Positions 24,665 through 38,936 of a DNA stretch of 64,000 nucleotides are shown here, piece by piece; position 1 is the first letter of the stretch, and every line of letters begins with the position of its first letter. The position numbers and the translations under genes were made by a program. The stretch is from Pristiophorus japonicus (lineage: Eukaryota): assembly GCF_044704955.1 (NCBI RefSeq), contig NC_091999.1, positions 10,726,001 through 10,790,000 of the forward strand, given 5' to 3'. The notes under the pieces were generated by a model. It had not been told where the DNA came from. It worked only from the letters and a program-made list of their open reading frames with translations, and did not search any database.

Positions 24665-27020
24665 TTAAGGTAAGGTCGTGTCTGACTAACTTGATTGAAT
24701 TTTTTGAGAAGGTGACAAGGATTCTAGAGCAACCAGTATGTTCGATGTCGTCTACATGAATTTTAGCAAGGATTTTGAAAAGGTCCTACGTGGCAGGCTG
24801 AACAAAAAGTAAAAGCCCATGGGAGAGTGGCAAATTGGATCAAAAATTTGTTCAGTGGGAAGAAGCAAATTGTAATAGTTGGCGAGTGCTATTTGGATTG
24901 GATGGTTGTTTTCAGTGAGGTTCCACCGGGCTCAGTGCGCGGTGACTTGCTGGCTGTAATATATATTAATACTTTATGCTTAAATGTAGGGTGCATGATA
25001 AAGAGGTTAGCAGATGATACAACTACTGGCCTTGTGGTTGACAGTGAGTAACAAAGCCTTAGACTGTCGGAATATATCGATCAATTGGTCAGTAAAATGG
25101 AAAATGGAATGCAATCGGGAGAAGTGTGAGGTCATGCGATTGGGGAAGTACAACAAGAAAATGGATCGCATAACAAATGGAGGATACTGAGAGGTGTGGA
25201 GGTGCGGAGGGATATAAGAACGTGAGGGGGTTACCTTATGATGATAGATTGAGTAGACTGTGTCTTTACTCGTTGGAGTTCAGAAGGATGAGGGGTGAAC
25301 TTATGGAAACATTTAAAATAATGAAAGGGATAGACACGATAAAGGCAAAGAGGTTGTTGCCACTGGTAGGTGAGACGAGAACTAGGGGGCACAGCCTCAA
25401 AATATGGAGGAGCCAATTTAAAACCGAGTTGAGAAGGAATTTCCTTTTCCAGAGTGTTGTGAATCTGTGGAATTATCTGCCCACGGAAGCAGTTGTCGCT
25501 ATCTCATTGAATGTATTCAAGTCACAGATAGATAGATTTTTAACCGATAAGGGAATTAAAGGTTACGGGGAGCGGAAGGGTAAGTGGAGCTGAGTCCACG
25601 GCCAGATCAGCCATGATCTTCTTGAATGGCGGAGCAGGCTCGAGGGGCTAGATGGCCTACTCCTGTTCCTAATTCTTATAACATAAGACATAGGAACAGG
25701 AGTAGCCCATGTGACCCCTCGAGCCTGCTCTGCCATTCAATCAGATCATGGCTGACTTGATCATGGACTCAGCCCCACTTCCCCGCCTGCTCCACATAAA
25801 CCCTTAACCCCTTATCATTTAAAAAACTATTTCTGTCTTAAATGTATTCAATGTCCCAGCTTCCACAGCACTCTGAGGCAGCGAATTAAACAGATTTACA
25901 ACCCTCTGAGAGAAGAATTTCTCCTCATCTCTGTTTGAAATGGGTGGCCCCTTATTCGAAGATCATGCCCTCTAATTCTGATTTTCCCCATCTCTGCATC
26001 CACCTTGTCAAGCCCCCTCATAATCTTATACGTTTCGATAGGATCACCTCTCATTCTTCTGAATTCCAATGAGTAGAGGCCCAAACGACTCAAACTTTCC
26101 GCATAAGTCAACCCCGTCATCTCTGGAATCAACCGAGTGAACCTTATCTGAACTACCTCCAGAGAAAGTATATCCTTTCTTACATATGGAAAACAAAACT
26201 GCACGCAGTATTCCAGGTGTGGCCTCAGCAATATCTTCTATAGCTGTAGTAAGACTTCCTTGCGTTTATACTCCACCTGCTTTGCAATAAAGGCCAAGAT
26301 AACATTGGCCTTCCTGCTCATTTGCTATACCTGCATACGATCCTTTTGTGTTTGATGCAAAAGTACCCCAAGTCCCGCTGTACTGCAGCACTTTGCAATC
26401 TTTCTCCATTTAAATAATAACTTGCCTTTTGATTTTTTCTGCCAAAGAGCTATGGCAGAACTGTATACAAAACGAGTTAGTCCACAGCTTGAGTACTGCA
26501 TAAAGATCTGGTCACCACATTACAGGAAATATGTAACTGCATTCGACAGTGTACAGCGGAGGTTGCCAGGACTGGAAAAGTTTTAGCTATGGGGAAAGAT
26601 TGGATAGGCTGGTGTTGTTTTCTTTCGACCAGAGGAGGCTGAGGGAGAATGTAATTAAGGTGTATAGAATTATGAGGAGCCTAGATATAGTAGATCGGAA
26701 TGACCTACTCCCTTAGCAGAGGGTCAATAACAAGGGGGGTTAGGATCAAAGTGGTTTGTAGAAGGATTAGAGGCAAGATGAGGAAAAGTAAATTCACCTA
26801 GAGGGTGGTGGGGGTCTGGAACTCACTACCAGAAAGGATGGTTGAGGCAGAAACACTCATCACTTTTAAAAAGTACTTGCATGTTCACTGAAAGAGCCGT
26901 GACCTACAGGGTTGTGTACATAATGCCGGAAATTGGGAACAGGCAGGATATCTATTTGTCAACACGATGGATTTAATGGCCACCCTTGTATGTTGTAATC
27001 TATGATTCTATGATTCTACC
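24665..27020. mobile_element. Cluster of nested CR1 LINE fragments on both strands
   Basis: RT motifs in ORFs 24827, 25177 and 25896; tail-to-tail junction at ~25680. Confidence 0.85.
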
Positions 27021-27524
27021 GTGTCTGTGTGTGTCGCTCTCTTCCGTTCGCTCTCCCTGCTGTGTTCCAAGATGCCTGAATCTCTAGCTTCAACACAACA
27101 AGGTGCACCAATGATAGTATCAGTTATAATATATAAAACATAACTAAAGCTCAGTAACATATTTAAAATGGCAGCACTCACAGCAAGATCTAAACGTTTA
27201 TTCATTGAGCAGGGATCATGAGACGGTTCTATACCATCTGTATGTGCCGCGGTTCGTCAGAGTTGGAATCTATGTCTTTTCATGTTGTTTTGACCGAGCT
27301 TCATTCATCAGTTGTGTCTTGGATATTAAAAATAAATAAAGGGAATCAACAAAATTTAAGCTGAAGTTGCCATTAACGCCGGGTTTTTTCTCTTTCTTCA
27401 CTGAAGTGTATAATAATAATAGTAAAAAAAAAACCCATGAACAATGTGTCATAATCGTTCAACAACATCGACCTGTAGTTCGAGAATTCCGTGTTTCCTC
27501 AGGCAGATGGCTGTTTACCTCATT

Positions 27525-27543
27525 TCGCCACCAGAGGGAGCTC
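27525..27543 (+). promoter_or_regulatory. Stand-alone CTCF motif
   Basis: TCGCCACCAGAGGGAGCTC. Confidence 0.65.
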
Positions 27544-27729
27544 CGGCATGCGCCTGCGGTTTCACTGCAGCAAATCAGTCGCAAGATCACAAGTTTATGG
27601 AGGATGAGTAACGCCGTTCGCCCAACCATAATTTAATCTTCCAGAAACACGACACACTAAAAGATGCTTTATTTGTTAATCGATGCGTATTAATCTTGAT
27701 ATTCAACGTGATTTGCGTAACAATCACAG

Positions 27730-30700
27730 AAAGTTATCATGCAGTTACAGCAAGCTTTGGAAGACAAATGGTATATTAATCTTTATTGCAAGGTGTTAGA
27801 GGATAAAAGTTAGGAAATCTTGCTGCAAATAAATTGAGTCTTGGTGACACCATACCGGGAGTACTGTGTTCAGTTTTGTTCTCCTTATTGGAGAAAGGAA
27901 ATACTTGCCATATGGTCAACGACGGTTCCCTAGATGCAATTCCTCTAAAGAAAAGGCTCTTCTATGAGAAGAGGTTTCATGGAATTATATTCTCTGCCGT
28001 TTAGAAGAATGAGAGGTGATCTCATTGAAACGTATGAGATTTTTAGAGATCTTGATTTGATAGATGCTGGGAGCTTGTTTCCCTTGCCTGGAGAATCCAG
28101 AACTAGGGTTCATAAGAACATAAGAAATATGAGCACGAGTAGGCCATTTGGCCCCTCACACCTGCCCCACCATTCAATAAGATCATTGCTGACCTGATCA
28201 TGTGCTCAGCTCTACGTCCCTGCCTGCTCCCCTTAACCCATCACTTCCTTATCGCCCCAAAATATGTCTATCTTCATCTTAAATATATTCAATGTCCCAG
28301 CCTCCACAGATCTCTTGGGCAGAGAATTCCACAGATGCACAACCATTTGAGAGAACAATTCCTCTTCATCTCAGTTTTAAATGGGCGCCACCTTATTCTG
28401 AAACGATGGATTCAAGTTTGAGATTTCCCCAGAAAGGAAACGTTCTCTCTGCATCGACATTGTCGAGACCCATCAGTATCTTTTTAATCTCAAAAAGATA
28501 AAGTCTCATTATTTTGAACTCCAATGAGTCTAGGCCCAACATGCTCAACCTTTCTTCATCTTCATCTCAGGAATCAATCTCGTGAACATTGTCTGAACTG
28601 CCTCCAATGCAAATATATCCCTCCTTAAATAAGGAGACGAACACTGCACGCATTACTCTAGGTGTGGGCTCACCAGTAATCAGTACAGTTGTAGGAGGAA
28701 TTCTCTGCTTTTATACTCGACCCCCTTGCAATAAAGGCCAACATTCAATTTGCCTTACTGCCTATTTGCTGTAACTGCATACTAACCTTTTATGCTTCAT
28801 GCACATGGACGCCCAGGTCCCTCTGCACTGCAGCATTTTGTAATTTCATCCATTTAAATAAGAATTTTCTTTTTTATTATTTCTGCCCAAGTGGATAACC
28901 TCACACTTTCCCACATACTCCATAGTCTCAGAGTCTTTGCGGAACCGGTAACAATATCCTCTCACGGGTGGTTGTGGTTGCTAATGCTGATGGGGAGGAT
29001 GTGAATAACCTTGGCAGTGGGGTGGGAACCCGAGAGTAGATTCAGAAGGGAGATAACCAACGATGGAATTTGATAGCAGTAAATGTGAAAATTAAATTGT
29101 AGGCAGGGGAAACAAAGGCTGGAAAATAAATGGTGTTTGGCACCGGTGTATACTCAAGAGAAGTGTGTACGGAATAATGCAGATGAGATGAGAGCACACA
29201 TATAGACAGTTGGGAGTATGATATTATAACTATTACTGACAAATGGTTGAAAGAAGGGCAGGTATGTCAGCTCAACATTGCTGTTTACTGGGTTTTCAGA
29301 GGTGACAGAAAGGGAGATAAAAAAGGAGGAGGGGTTGCAGCATGGATTAAAAATTCAATTACAGCTGTTAGGAGCGAAGATATGCAGAAGGATCATCAAG
29401 TAAGACCATATGGGTTGAATTTAAGAACGAAAAAGGGGCAATTACACTGCTGGGAGTGCACTGTAGACCCTCAAATAGTCAGCGAGAGACAAGAGCAAAA
29501 CGTGCAGGCACATTTCTGAGAACTGCAAAAACTATTGGACAGTAATCTTAGGGGATTTCTCCTACCCTCATATTAACTGGGATAGATTAAGTGTGAAAGA
29601 TATAGAATTTGCAGACTTTCAAGAATGCATTCAGGGGAGTTTTTTTAGCCAGTGTGCAGCAAGCCGAGGAAGGGCGGGTTCTTCACTTAATGTTATCGAA
29701 CGAAGCTGGGCAAGTGGAAGGGATATTTTTGGGAGAGCATGATGGTGATAGTGATCAAAATTCAGTTAGATTAGGGTCGTAATGGAAAAGGACAAAGATA
29801 GACAAGGAATAATAATTCTCAATTGGGGGCAAGCCAAAGTTGATTGGAAACAGCTAATTGAAGGTAAATCATTGTCAGAGCAGTGAGAGGCATTCAAGGT
29901 GGAGATCCTGAGAGCAAGAATGTTCCTTTAACGAAAAAGAGTGGGACTAGCAAATCTTGAGCACCCGTGATGTCAAGCAGCGTACAGAGAAGGATAAAGA
30001 AAAAAAGGGACGTTTATATCAGATACCCTGTGCTAAATATGGCAGAAAACCTGGAGGAGGAAAGCAAGTGCAGGGGAGAAATTAAAAAGGAAATTAGGAA
30101 AGCAATGAGATGAAAAAAAGTTTGGCAGGTAAATCTAGGAAAAGTCAAAGAAATTGTTGAAATACATTAAGAGCAATAGGATAAAAAAAGAGTAGGACCT
30201 TTTGGAGACCATAAAAGTAATCTGTATGTTGAGATGGATGCCGTGGGTGTGATTCTTAATGAATACTTTGCGTCTGTTTTCACAACATAGAGGGGTGAAA
30301 CAGACATACAATCAGGGAGGACGAGTGTGAAATATTAATTAAACTTAAATAAACACAGCGAGAGAGGAATTGTTAACAGGTTTAGCAGCTTTGAGAGTGG
30401 ATCAATACCCAGGCTCGGGTGAAATGTATCCCAGACTGTAAAGAAAAGCACATGTGGAAATAGCAGAGACTCTGACCATCATTTTCCTAACCTATCTGGC
30501 TACAGAGAGGACTGGAGGACTGCTCATGGTGTACCGTTGTTTAAAAAGGGAGAAAGGGACAGACAGAATAATTACATGCCAGTAAGCCTAATCTCGGTGG
30601 TGGTAAAATTATTGCAAGAAACTTTGAGGGACAGGACACATCTTCATTGAGAAAGACACGGATTAATCAAGGATAGTCAGCATGGATTTGTTAAAGGCAG

Positions 30701-32230
30701 TTCGTGTCAGACTAACCTGATAAAATTTTTCGAGGAAATAAGAAGAAGTTTCAATCAGGTTCATAGTTTTGATGTAGTGTATAAGGATTCAAGCAAGGCT
30801 TTTGATAAGGTCCCACATGGAATACATATCACAATAGTAAACGCCCATATGATCCCAGCCAAAGTGGCAAGTTGGATCCAAGTTTGGCTCAGAGGCAGGA
30901 AGCAAACCGTAATGCTCGTTGGGTGTTTTTTGTGACTGAAAGGCTGTTTCCAGTACGGTTCCACAGGGGTCAGTAGGAGGTCCCTTGATTTTTGTGGTAT
31001 AATCGATGACTTAGATTTGAATGTAGGGCCTATTATTAAGAAGGTTGCAGATGATACAAAATATTCGTGTGGTTGATAATGAGTTAAAAATATGTAACCT
31101 GCAGGAATATATCAATGAACTGGTCAGGTGGAAACGACAGTGGCAAATGGAATTCAAACCTGAAAAGCGGGAGGTTATGCATTTGGGGAGGTCTAACAAG
31201 GCAAGATAATACACATTAAATGATAGGAGACTGAGAAATATAGAGGAACATAGAGAACTTTGAGTACATTTCCATGGATCCCTGAAGATAGCAGCCCAAG
31301 TATATAACATGGTTAAGAAGGCATATAGAATACTTGCCTGATTAGAAGGGATACAGGTACTTGCGTTATAGCATAAAATTTATAAAACACTCGTTACGCC
31401 ACAGCCAGAGTACTGCGTAAAGTTGTGGTCAGCACATTACATGAACGTGATTGCACTCGAGATGATACAGAGGAGATTTGTGAGGATGCTACCTGGATTG
31501 GAGCGTTTTCGCCATGAGGAAAGATTGGGTAGGCTGGGTTTGATTTCTTTGGAGAAAGGAAGTTGAGGGGAGACGGTATTGAAGTGTATAAAATGAACGG
31601 GGCCTAGATAATTTGAATGGGCGCACCTATTTCGCTTAATGGAGGGGTCAACAACCCACAGGCATAGATTTAAATTAATAGGCAGAAGGTTTCGAGGGGA
31701 TTTGAGGGGGAATGTTTTCACAAACTTAGTTGGTTTGAACTCACTGCCTAAAACGTGGTAGGGGGAGAAACCCTCATAGCACTTAAAAAGTATTTGGATG
31801 TGCTTTAGAATTTTCGAAACCTAACAGGCTACGGACCAAGTGCTGGAATGTGGGTTAAGGATGGATAGCTCTTTGTCGTTCGACGTGGAAACAATGGGCC
31901 GAAATGGCCTCTTTTCGTGCTTTAAGTTTCTATGATTCTATGATTCTATGATAAGGGCTCAGACATTTAGGTCTGCACTGAGGAGCAATTTCTTCACTCA
32001 GAAGGTTGTGAAACTTTGGTATTCTCGACCCCAGAAGCCTGTGGATGCTGAATGGTGGACTATGTTCAAGACTGAGATCTATAGATTATTGAGCAGTAAT
32101 GGAATCAAGGGATATGGGATTTGGGCGGGAACGTGGATTGATGTGCAAGTTCAGCCATGATTTTATTGAATCCAGGAGCTGGCTAGATGGGAGGTGCAAT
32201 CTTCCCCTGCTCCTAATTCTTATATTCTTC
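27730..32230. mobile_element. CR1 LINE fragments, including a long decayed plus-strand EN-RT copy (~29040-31950)
   Basis: DRKGDKKGGGVA (APE endonuclease), QHGFVKG, VADDTK, TTCTATGA tail at ~31927-31950. Confidence 0.85.
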
Positions 32231-33171
32231 GTAAAGCAATTCCATGCATGTGGATTCTTCTAACTTTTCCCAGAGCGCTATCCAACTGTTTATCCCGCGG
32301 TCTCTCACTGAATTTCTCTCCCAGTATCTCTATCTGTGTTTCTCGCCCTATCTCTCCCTTAATCTGTTTCACTGTACCTATAACTATTTTTCTCCCTCTG
32401 TCTCTTAGTTAATGACAGATTTGAAAAGCAAGTAGGAAGACGTCACCTCACGTACTGCACCATTTCAAGAAGGCATTGACGCCCCTCTCCCTTGAAATAA
32501 TAAAAACCCCGAATGGGCAGCCAGATAGTGCTCTTTTATGTCAATAGTTTATAAGCAGTTAAAATATCCAGGTGTTTTTTTTTCGGATTCCTTTCCTGGG
32601 AGATGGCATTCGATTAGCTGACGGTTACTTTTGTGGAACGCCAGTGTAGTCAATACTGTGTTGCCATTGCAAACAGCGCATGACACCTATATCCTGCCCC
32701 TGCCACAACAACATATCTCAAACCTTCCCGCATTCATTTCAAGTCCTTCCCATCCAAAACTCACTTTATCGCCTCTATTTAATGGTGGAGAAGTATTAGC
32801 TTTAACCCAGCTAACTGTGCAGTCCCGTGAGATATAATAGATATCCGTTCTTTCTGCCCTCAAAAGTTTTCGAAACCAAATCCGAGTGGGAGATAGGTCA
32901 GTGTTTACCCCACTGCCCACTCATACAGAGGAGCCCACTGCTCTCTGTTTGGGTGGAGTTACTTTAGTTAACTGCCAGTACAGCATGAGTTAATGGTTAA
33001 TTTGGCGGCTTTTGTTCAAGAGGAGAAATGATAAACTGTGCAACCAGAGGGCGTTGGAATAAAGCGTCAGCACTCGCATTCTTCCCTGGCACTCAGTGAG
33101 GAAATATAAGATACTTACCATCATACCTGAAAATCATATCGTCGACTACACCTCAGCATAACCCCGAAATA

Positions 33172-33687
33172 ATGGAGTAATCCAATAATATTCTTGATTC
33201 AGTTGGATAAACTAGGAACTTGCATAAACTAGGGATTCGTCATGAATGGAATTATAGTTTTCACTTTTCTGATTTTAGGTGAGTGTCGATGTGCTGAAAA
33301 GCATTCGCTTTTAAAAATAATTTATTGTGTTTAATTTTCCACCTCCTTTGTATCTGCAGTTTTCGGTAGCGAGGCTGTGATCCACCAACCACAGCAGGTG
33401 TTTGCAGTAGAGGGGGTATCTATTGGAATCCCGTGCAATGCAAGCACCAGCGGCTCTGATGGTATATTATGGTACAGCCAACTGCAGGACCGTGGCCTGA
33501 AATTTATCATACCGTCTATCCTGGCCAACGCCACTGAAGGACGATTCAAATTCTTCAGTGAAGCAATACAAAGTTAAGAAGTTAAAACATTCTCGTTATG
33601 GAGAGCAATGCGGTCTCAGAGGTTGGAGCATATTCGTGTGCAGTGAGGCACCGTGAGAGAAAGGCTGGGCGCTCCAGTACAATATCT
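33172..33687 (+). pseudogene. TCR V pseudogene (family of 12981) with 23-RSS
   Basis: Leader ATG GAG TAA; exon from 33360 EAVIHQPQQVFAVEG..PCNAST..LWYSQ..stop..AYSCAVR; CACCGTG(33649)-23-ACAATATCT. Confidence 0.85.
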
Positions 33688-34491
33688 CCTGCAATTTCCT
33701 ATCAGACAATCTTAGCACCCTTCCACAACTCTCCTGAATGGGTAGTCCCCTTTTTTGTGTAAAGTTCCATTCATCCAGTAAGGAAACGGTTAATCAGAAC
33801 TTCTTGCAAGATTTTGACTCATTCCTTCTGTACAGTTTGACAAGCTCTATTCATCGTGCAAGGGAAGGGTTCATCACACTGACCTGAACTCCATTAATGT
33901 TCTCCTGCTAATTATTTCTCTTCATATTGTAATTCATTTCTCTCATATTATAGGTGACTTTTGTCGGATTTACAACATCCCTATGTTCAATTCCCTCAGG
34001 ACTGACAGGCGTTCTATATCCCGCTTTCTATTGGCTATGGCTAGTTCTAATAGTAAGTGAGCAATTCTTTTAATGGGAGTGGCCTTTACAGATACGAGAA
34101 GAGCATTTACTATTTCGCTTCACTGCCTCCATCTCACCTGTTAAAGGACCGACATTGGGTTTAATTTCCGTCCAGTTCTCTGTTGTGAGAACAATTTCAC
34201 TCCATTTAGCGCTGCTCGCTGTGATGTACTGCATTGGAGAACAGAGGAACAGTTAGCCGATTGGATCAATTGGAGAACAAAGGAGCTGTGAACTGATTCG
34301 ACGAATTGCAGAAGAAAGGACCCGTGACCTGATTCGATATCACCTGCTGACACGGTCAGGAAACTCTTTTTGGTTTGAAATGAACAATCGGCAAAGACAC
34401 CGGATATTAATCAACAAATTCCCAAATCTTGGCTAAAACGATTTCAGGTTCAAATCGTTCTGTTCCAATCCGCAATCAACTCTCTGTAAAT

Positions 34492-35054
34492 ATGTTGGGT
34501 GTGGCGTTTTTATTAAATTTACACAGCTGCAGCAGCTCTCTTAACTGGTAAAGTTTACAAGTTGCACAATCTTCTTCTTCCAGGTGTCATTGAAATACTT
34601 ATAATGTTGTTTTCTCTCTATTTCCAATGTATTCTGTCACGTAATGATTTAGTTATAACAAAGTGATGAAAAAAGGTTAAAGTTCTGTATTTCTCAATTT
34701 CTGCAGCTGTTAGTGGCGGAGACTCGATCTCACAGGGGCTGGTTACCGCAACGCAGTTTGAATGAGACGTGTTGACAATTAATTACAGCTTTTCGACCAC
34801 TGATCATTCCCATTTTTTACAGCTGTACCGGCAGAATGGCGAAAAAGGACCCACAATCCTAATCTATATCCTATCGTACGGGGATGTTTTCACAACAGAT
34901 GGCATGCCTGCTCAATTTTCCACATCTCTCGATACTTGGCAATGTGAGGGGAATTTCACCATCGGCGACTTGCGGCCTTCTGACAGCGGGGTGTATTACT
35001 GCGGGCGGAAACTATCACAGGGGCAGGAACCGAAGGGAGCCTCGTACAAAAACG
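34492..35054 (+). pseudogene. TCR V pseudogene of the non-canonical INY/QLYRQ family
   Basis: TGA in FR1; LTINYSFSTTDHSHFLQLYRQ..DSGVYYCGRKL; CACAGGG(35016)-23-ACAAAAACG. Confidence 0.88.
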
Positions 35055-35477
35055 CTGCCGCAATGTGACAAGTTGAATGGGACAGTGTGAAAAGTGGGGA
35101 GAAACGGGGACTGTCAGTAGGATTTGCAGGAGAGTGTCCATCTAAAGCAAACAAATAAGTAGCTATCCAGCTTACAATCCAGAACTGGAATAATGTTTAT
35201 TATTAATAATAATCTTGCTGTTACTATCATAATAATTGTTTGATGGACAATGCTTCCAATCCATGTTCATATAATGGGCACCTCAACTTTCAATCTTAGT
35301 GAAACAGGTGTAAAACCAGTTCTCATTCAGTGTCAGAAACGCAATCAGACCTCACACTCCATTCATCAAGAAAATAAGTTAATGGTGGGGGCAGTTCAGG
35401 AATAAATTTAGAAATCATTTGAGAGTTTCAAAAACATCAGAACAATGCGGCCTCCCCTGAAATGTGACACACAACCC

Positions 35478-35786
35478 ATATTTTGGCGGCTGCACGGGGT
35501 GCTGATGGTAGCAGCGCAAATAATGTGCAACACCACTTGCTTTCAAGGTTCGTGTGACATTACATTCCCTCTTCAACCGTCATTTCCGGAACTGGCTTTT
35601 CTACTGCCTCTTGGAGGTCTACTTCTGACATAAAATAATAGTAATAGCCATTATCATCACTTTCATCACTTGGTCAATAATAACATCTGGGTTGCAGCAG
35701 TCTGGGGAGAATGGATTTTTACTGGGAAGGAAATGCTTACTGAGAAGTTATATAATGACGAGGAGCGATGTGGGATGGTTCGACAT
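35478..35786 (-). pseudogene. 3'-truncated TCR V pseudogene, paralog of 20235-20546
   Basis: Leader MSNHPTSLLVII..|gtaagc; similar truncation point and same downstream flank (GTCACATTTCAGGGGAG). Confidence 0.78.
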
Positions 35787-36722
35787 CATCCTCCCTGAGT
35801 CTGATACACTGCAGTCTGGAAAATCCTCTGTCGGGACGGAAATACAGATCCCCGCTCCACTGTACTTCTGATCCAAGCAATGGCGAAGAGGGAGCAGCGG
35901 CAGCAATTTATCCAATAACATAAGGCGGGTCAGAGCAAGAGCAGCAAACGGAAGCTGTGGGCGGGGCAGCCGCAGTAACACAATTGAGTGAATTCAACTC
36001 TCTGTGCACCTGCAGAGTCTGCGCAGCGCCAATGAACTGCAATCGCAACTGATGCAGTTGAAAGGTTGTTGGCAGGGTGGAGAAGTCTGTGGCCAAACTG
36101 ATCCTGCTCACTGAGCAAGTGACTGGAAATAAATAGAGTGGGAGGGACAAGAAGTGATTGCACAGCTTCAGAAATATTCCTATTTAACCAGCTCAATACT
36201 ACAGTTTTGAGACACAATATCTGCCACAGGTGTTTTATATGTGATCCACAAAACTTAAATCCCCTCAATGACTTCAGCTTAAATCGAATTTAACAAAATC
36301 CGCCGGTAGTCGGCGCCAAACTCAAGCTTGGTAATTAGAAATTCACATGATGCAAACATCAAAGCCAACAAAGACCGCAGGCAAAGGAAGTCATAATGGA
36401 GTCGCCCCTGCAGCGTGTGGGTTGAACGGTGAGCTGGACTGGCGGCGGGTTACCTCTCCCACTTTCTCAATCTCTGCCTCAAGTTACTGCGAGTGATTCA
36501 ATCAGACTTATTTCTCATAATACTGGCGGCTGTGAAGTAAGTACTGAATTATATGAAAAACCCAGGTTAGCAGACTGATGCAAAGAATTTGTGCAGGCAA
36601 TCTGAACTATCCATACAATGAATAGCTGGGTTCATGTGAGGTTACATACGCACACACAGATCGACAAAAATTGTAATCGACACTGTGTCAGCTCCTGTTC
36701 TACTGTCTTCCTTTCTTCACAG

Positions 36723-37038
36723 GCGATTATGTACGAAACCAGTAGCTCAGCCTCCAGTGACAATAGAGGTGTCATCAGGGTGTTCGGTGCAGTAAGATTG
36801 CGAACATACAACCCCGGATATTGACATCGTACAATGATGCCGGCAGAAACCGTCAGAGCATCCAAGCACAATAATTAGAAAATATCCGCACTATTGGGAG
36901 TCGAAACATCAGGAAAATAATCAGCGGCTGCAAGCAAGTGCAGCAAAAACATTTACCTAATTGTGCAGGACGGGCGGTCAATTACAATGCAGTGAAATAG
37001 AGCGTCAGATAAAAGCTAAAGCCCCAGACATAAATCTC
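36723..37038 (+). pseudogene. Highly decayed V, paralog of 21257
   Basis: Homologous exon (GATTGCGAACATACA, GGCAGAAACCG) and RSS spacer TCAGATAAAAGC. Confidence 0.7.
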
Positions 37039-37054
37039 AGCATGTATTTATAGT

Positions 37055-37570
37055 TTCATAAGAACATATCAACATAAGAAATAGGAGCAGGATTAGGCCA
37101 TACGGCCCCTCGAGTTTGCTCTGCCGTTCAATAAAATCATGGCTGATCCGATCATGGACTCAGCTCCACTTCCCCTCCCGCTCCCTGTAACCCCTTATCC
37201 CCTTATCGTTTAAGAAACTGTCTACTTCTGTCTCAAATTTATTCGATGTCCCAACTTCCACAGCTCTCTGTGGCAGCGAATTCACTGATTTACAACCCTC
37301 TGAGAGAAGAAATTTGTCCTCATCTCTGTTTGAAATGGGCGGCCACTTATTCTAATATCATGCCCTCACGTTCTATTCTCCACCATCAGTGGAATCATCC
37401 TCCCTGCATCCAGCTTGTCAAGCCCCCGCATAATCTTATGTTTCGATAAGATCACCTCTCATTCTTCTGAATTCCAATGAGTAAAGGCACAACCTAATCA
37501 TCATTTCCTCTTAAGTCAACCCCCTCATCGCCCAGAATCAACCTCGTGAATATTCTCTGAACTGCCTCCA
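37055..37570 (-). mobile_element. CR1 LINE 3' fragment
   Basis: CATAAGAA tail repeats and the CR1 3' UTR seen elsewhere in the window. Confidence 0.85.
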
Positions 37571-37659
37571 AACATGTGCTCTTTCGTGCTTTTCTGTTTT
37601 GGCTCAGTTTGATCAGAAAGTGATGGAGACCAAATTCTGTCAGGTTGCTAGATGAAGTC

Positions 37660-38033
37660 CGTACTTGCATTCGTCTTCTTATCCTTGTCCAAAAATGCAG
37701 AGAATGATCTGGGAAATGCAGCGAATTATCACCCTGCCCCGAGCGATATCTTCTCTGGAAGTATCTCGCTGCTTACAGGGGTGCTGATGTAGCAGCAGAG
37801 GGAGGACAAACTCTCAGATCTGGAGAACCTACAGCTGAGTATTATGGTCTGTTCTTCTAACCGTTAGTTCAGACTCCTCGGACACTGAGTCTACGCCCCA
37901 GGTTCCTGTAACAAAACACAGAAAGTGTGAAAATTCATGTAGTGTACATAACCCATGAAACACATACTGAGCATTTCAACATAGACTCACTGGGCAGCAT
38001 GACAATTGTCAGCAAGGAACATGGATAGTACAT
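37660..38033 (-). pseudogene. Decayed TCR V (family of 8260), paralog of 21930-22255
   Basis: Leader MYYPCSLLTIVMLP|gtgagt; exon GTWGVDSVSEESELTV.. with frameshifts. Confidence 0.75.
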
Positions 38034-38238
38034 GGGGAGGAGCCCTTCTTAGAGTGGGACAGAAAATAGCAAATTTTTAATAAAATGTTGGATCTTCTCG
38101 TCTGTTATTAAAGAATAAACTGAGATCCGGAGCAGGCTTCCCTTCTTGGGAAACTGAGGGGGCGTTCACAAGGACAGTATTATAAATCACCCAGCGCTCT
38201 GATAACGGCAGAGGAGAGGAGTCTTGAGGCCCCCGGAT

Positions 38239-38936
38239 GTTTTTTTTACTGTCTCTGCCGATCTTTGCTGCACTGTGTCATCACTGCACAGAAATAGGTG
38301 GCGGCGTCTGTTGCTCATGCGTCACAAGCATTCAGTACACTGCGCTTCTCTGCTGAACTGAACCGAGCCTTGATCCTGCTCTGATCGCTGGTATCAGATG
38401 CCACGTGCTGCATGGATCGCCTCGGGTATTGTCTGTACCATTGCAGGATCGGTCCTGCTACTATCATGATGCAGGTCAACGATGCAGTTTCTCCCTCGTT
38501 TAAAACCACTGACTTTGGAAAATGCGATACGTCTTCTCTACCTGTGGCACCTAAGAGAGGTATGTAGATATTAATATGATATAAAATAACATCATGCGAT
38601 ATAATATATCATATCAGAAGTAGATATAATATAATAGAATATGCATTGAATTATCATGTCATATAAGTAATGCAATGTAAAAATATAGTATAATTTTATA
38701 ACGTAATAAAGTAGAATAGAACATAATATAAACTAATACAATATAGCATAATACAGCATAATATAATACAACATAATAAAATACAAAATAACATAACATA
38801 AAATAATAATATATAAACAATAATACATACATTTAAAATGTAAAATATTTCCAACAGATGGATTGTGACCACACAGGCAGGAAGGGGAGAGTAAGACATT
38901 CGGGAAGATCATCACGAAAGTAAAGTCCAGCTTCAT
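38239..38936 (-). pseudogene. TCR V with a single in-frame TGA and a 23-RSS
   Basis: Exon 38550-38278: GATGREDVSHFPKSVVLNEGETASLTC..LQWYRQYP..ACDA*ATDAATYFCAVM; CACAGTG-23-AAAAAAAAC; probable leader ~38870-38936; AT-rich microsatellite intron. Confidence 0.85.

Noticed and set aside
35602-35620. CTCF-like motif on the minus strand
   Set aside because: Lies within a decayed V exon and is not conserved in paralogs; likely chance
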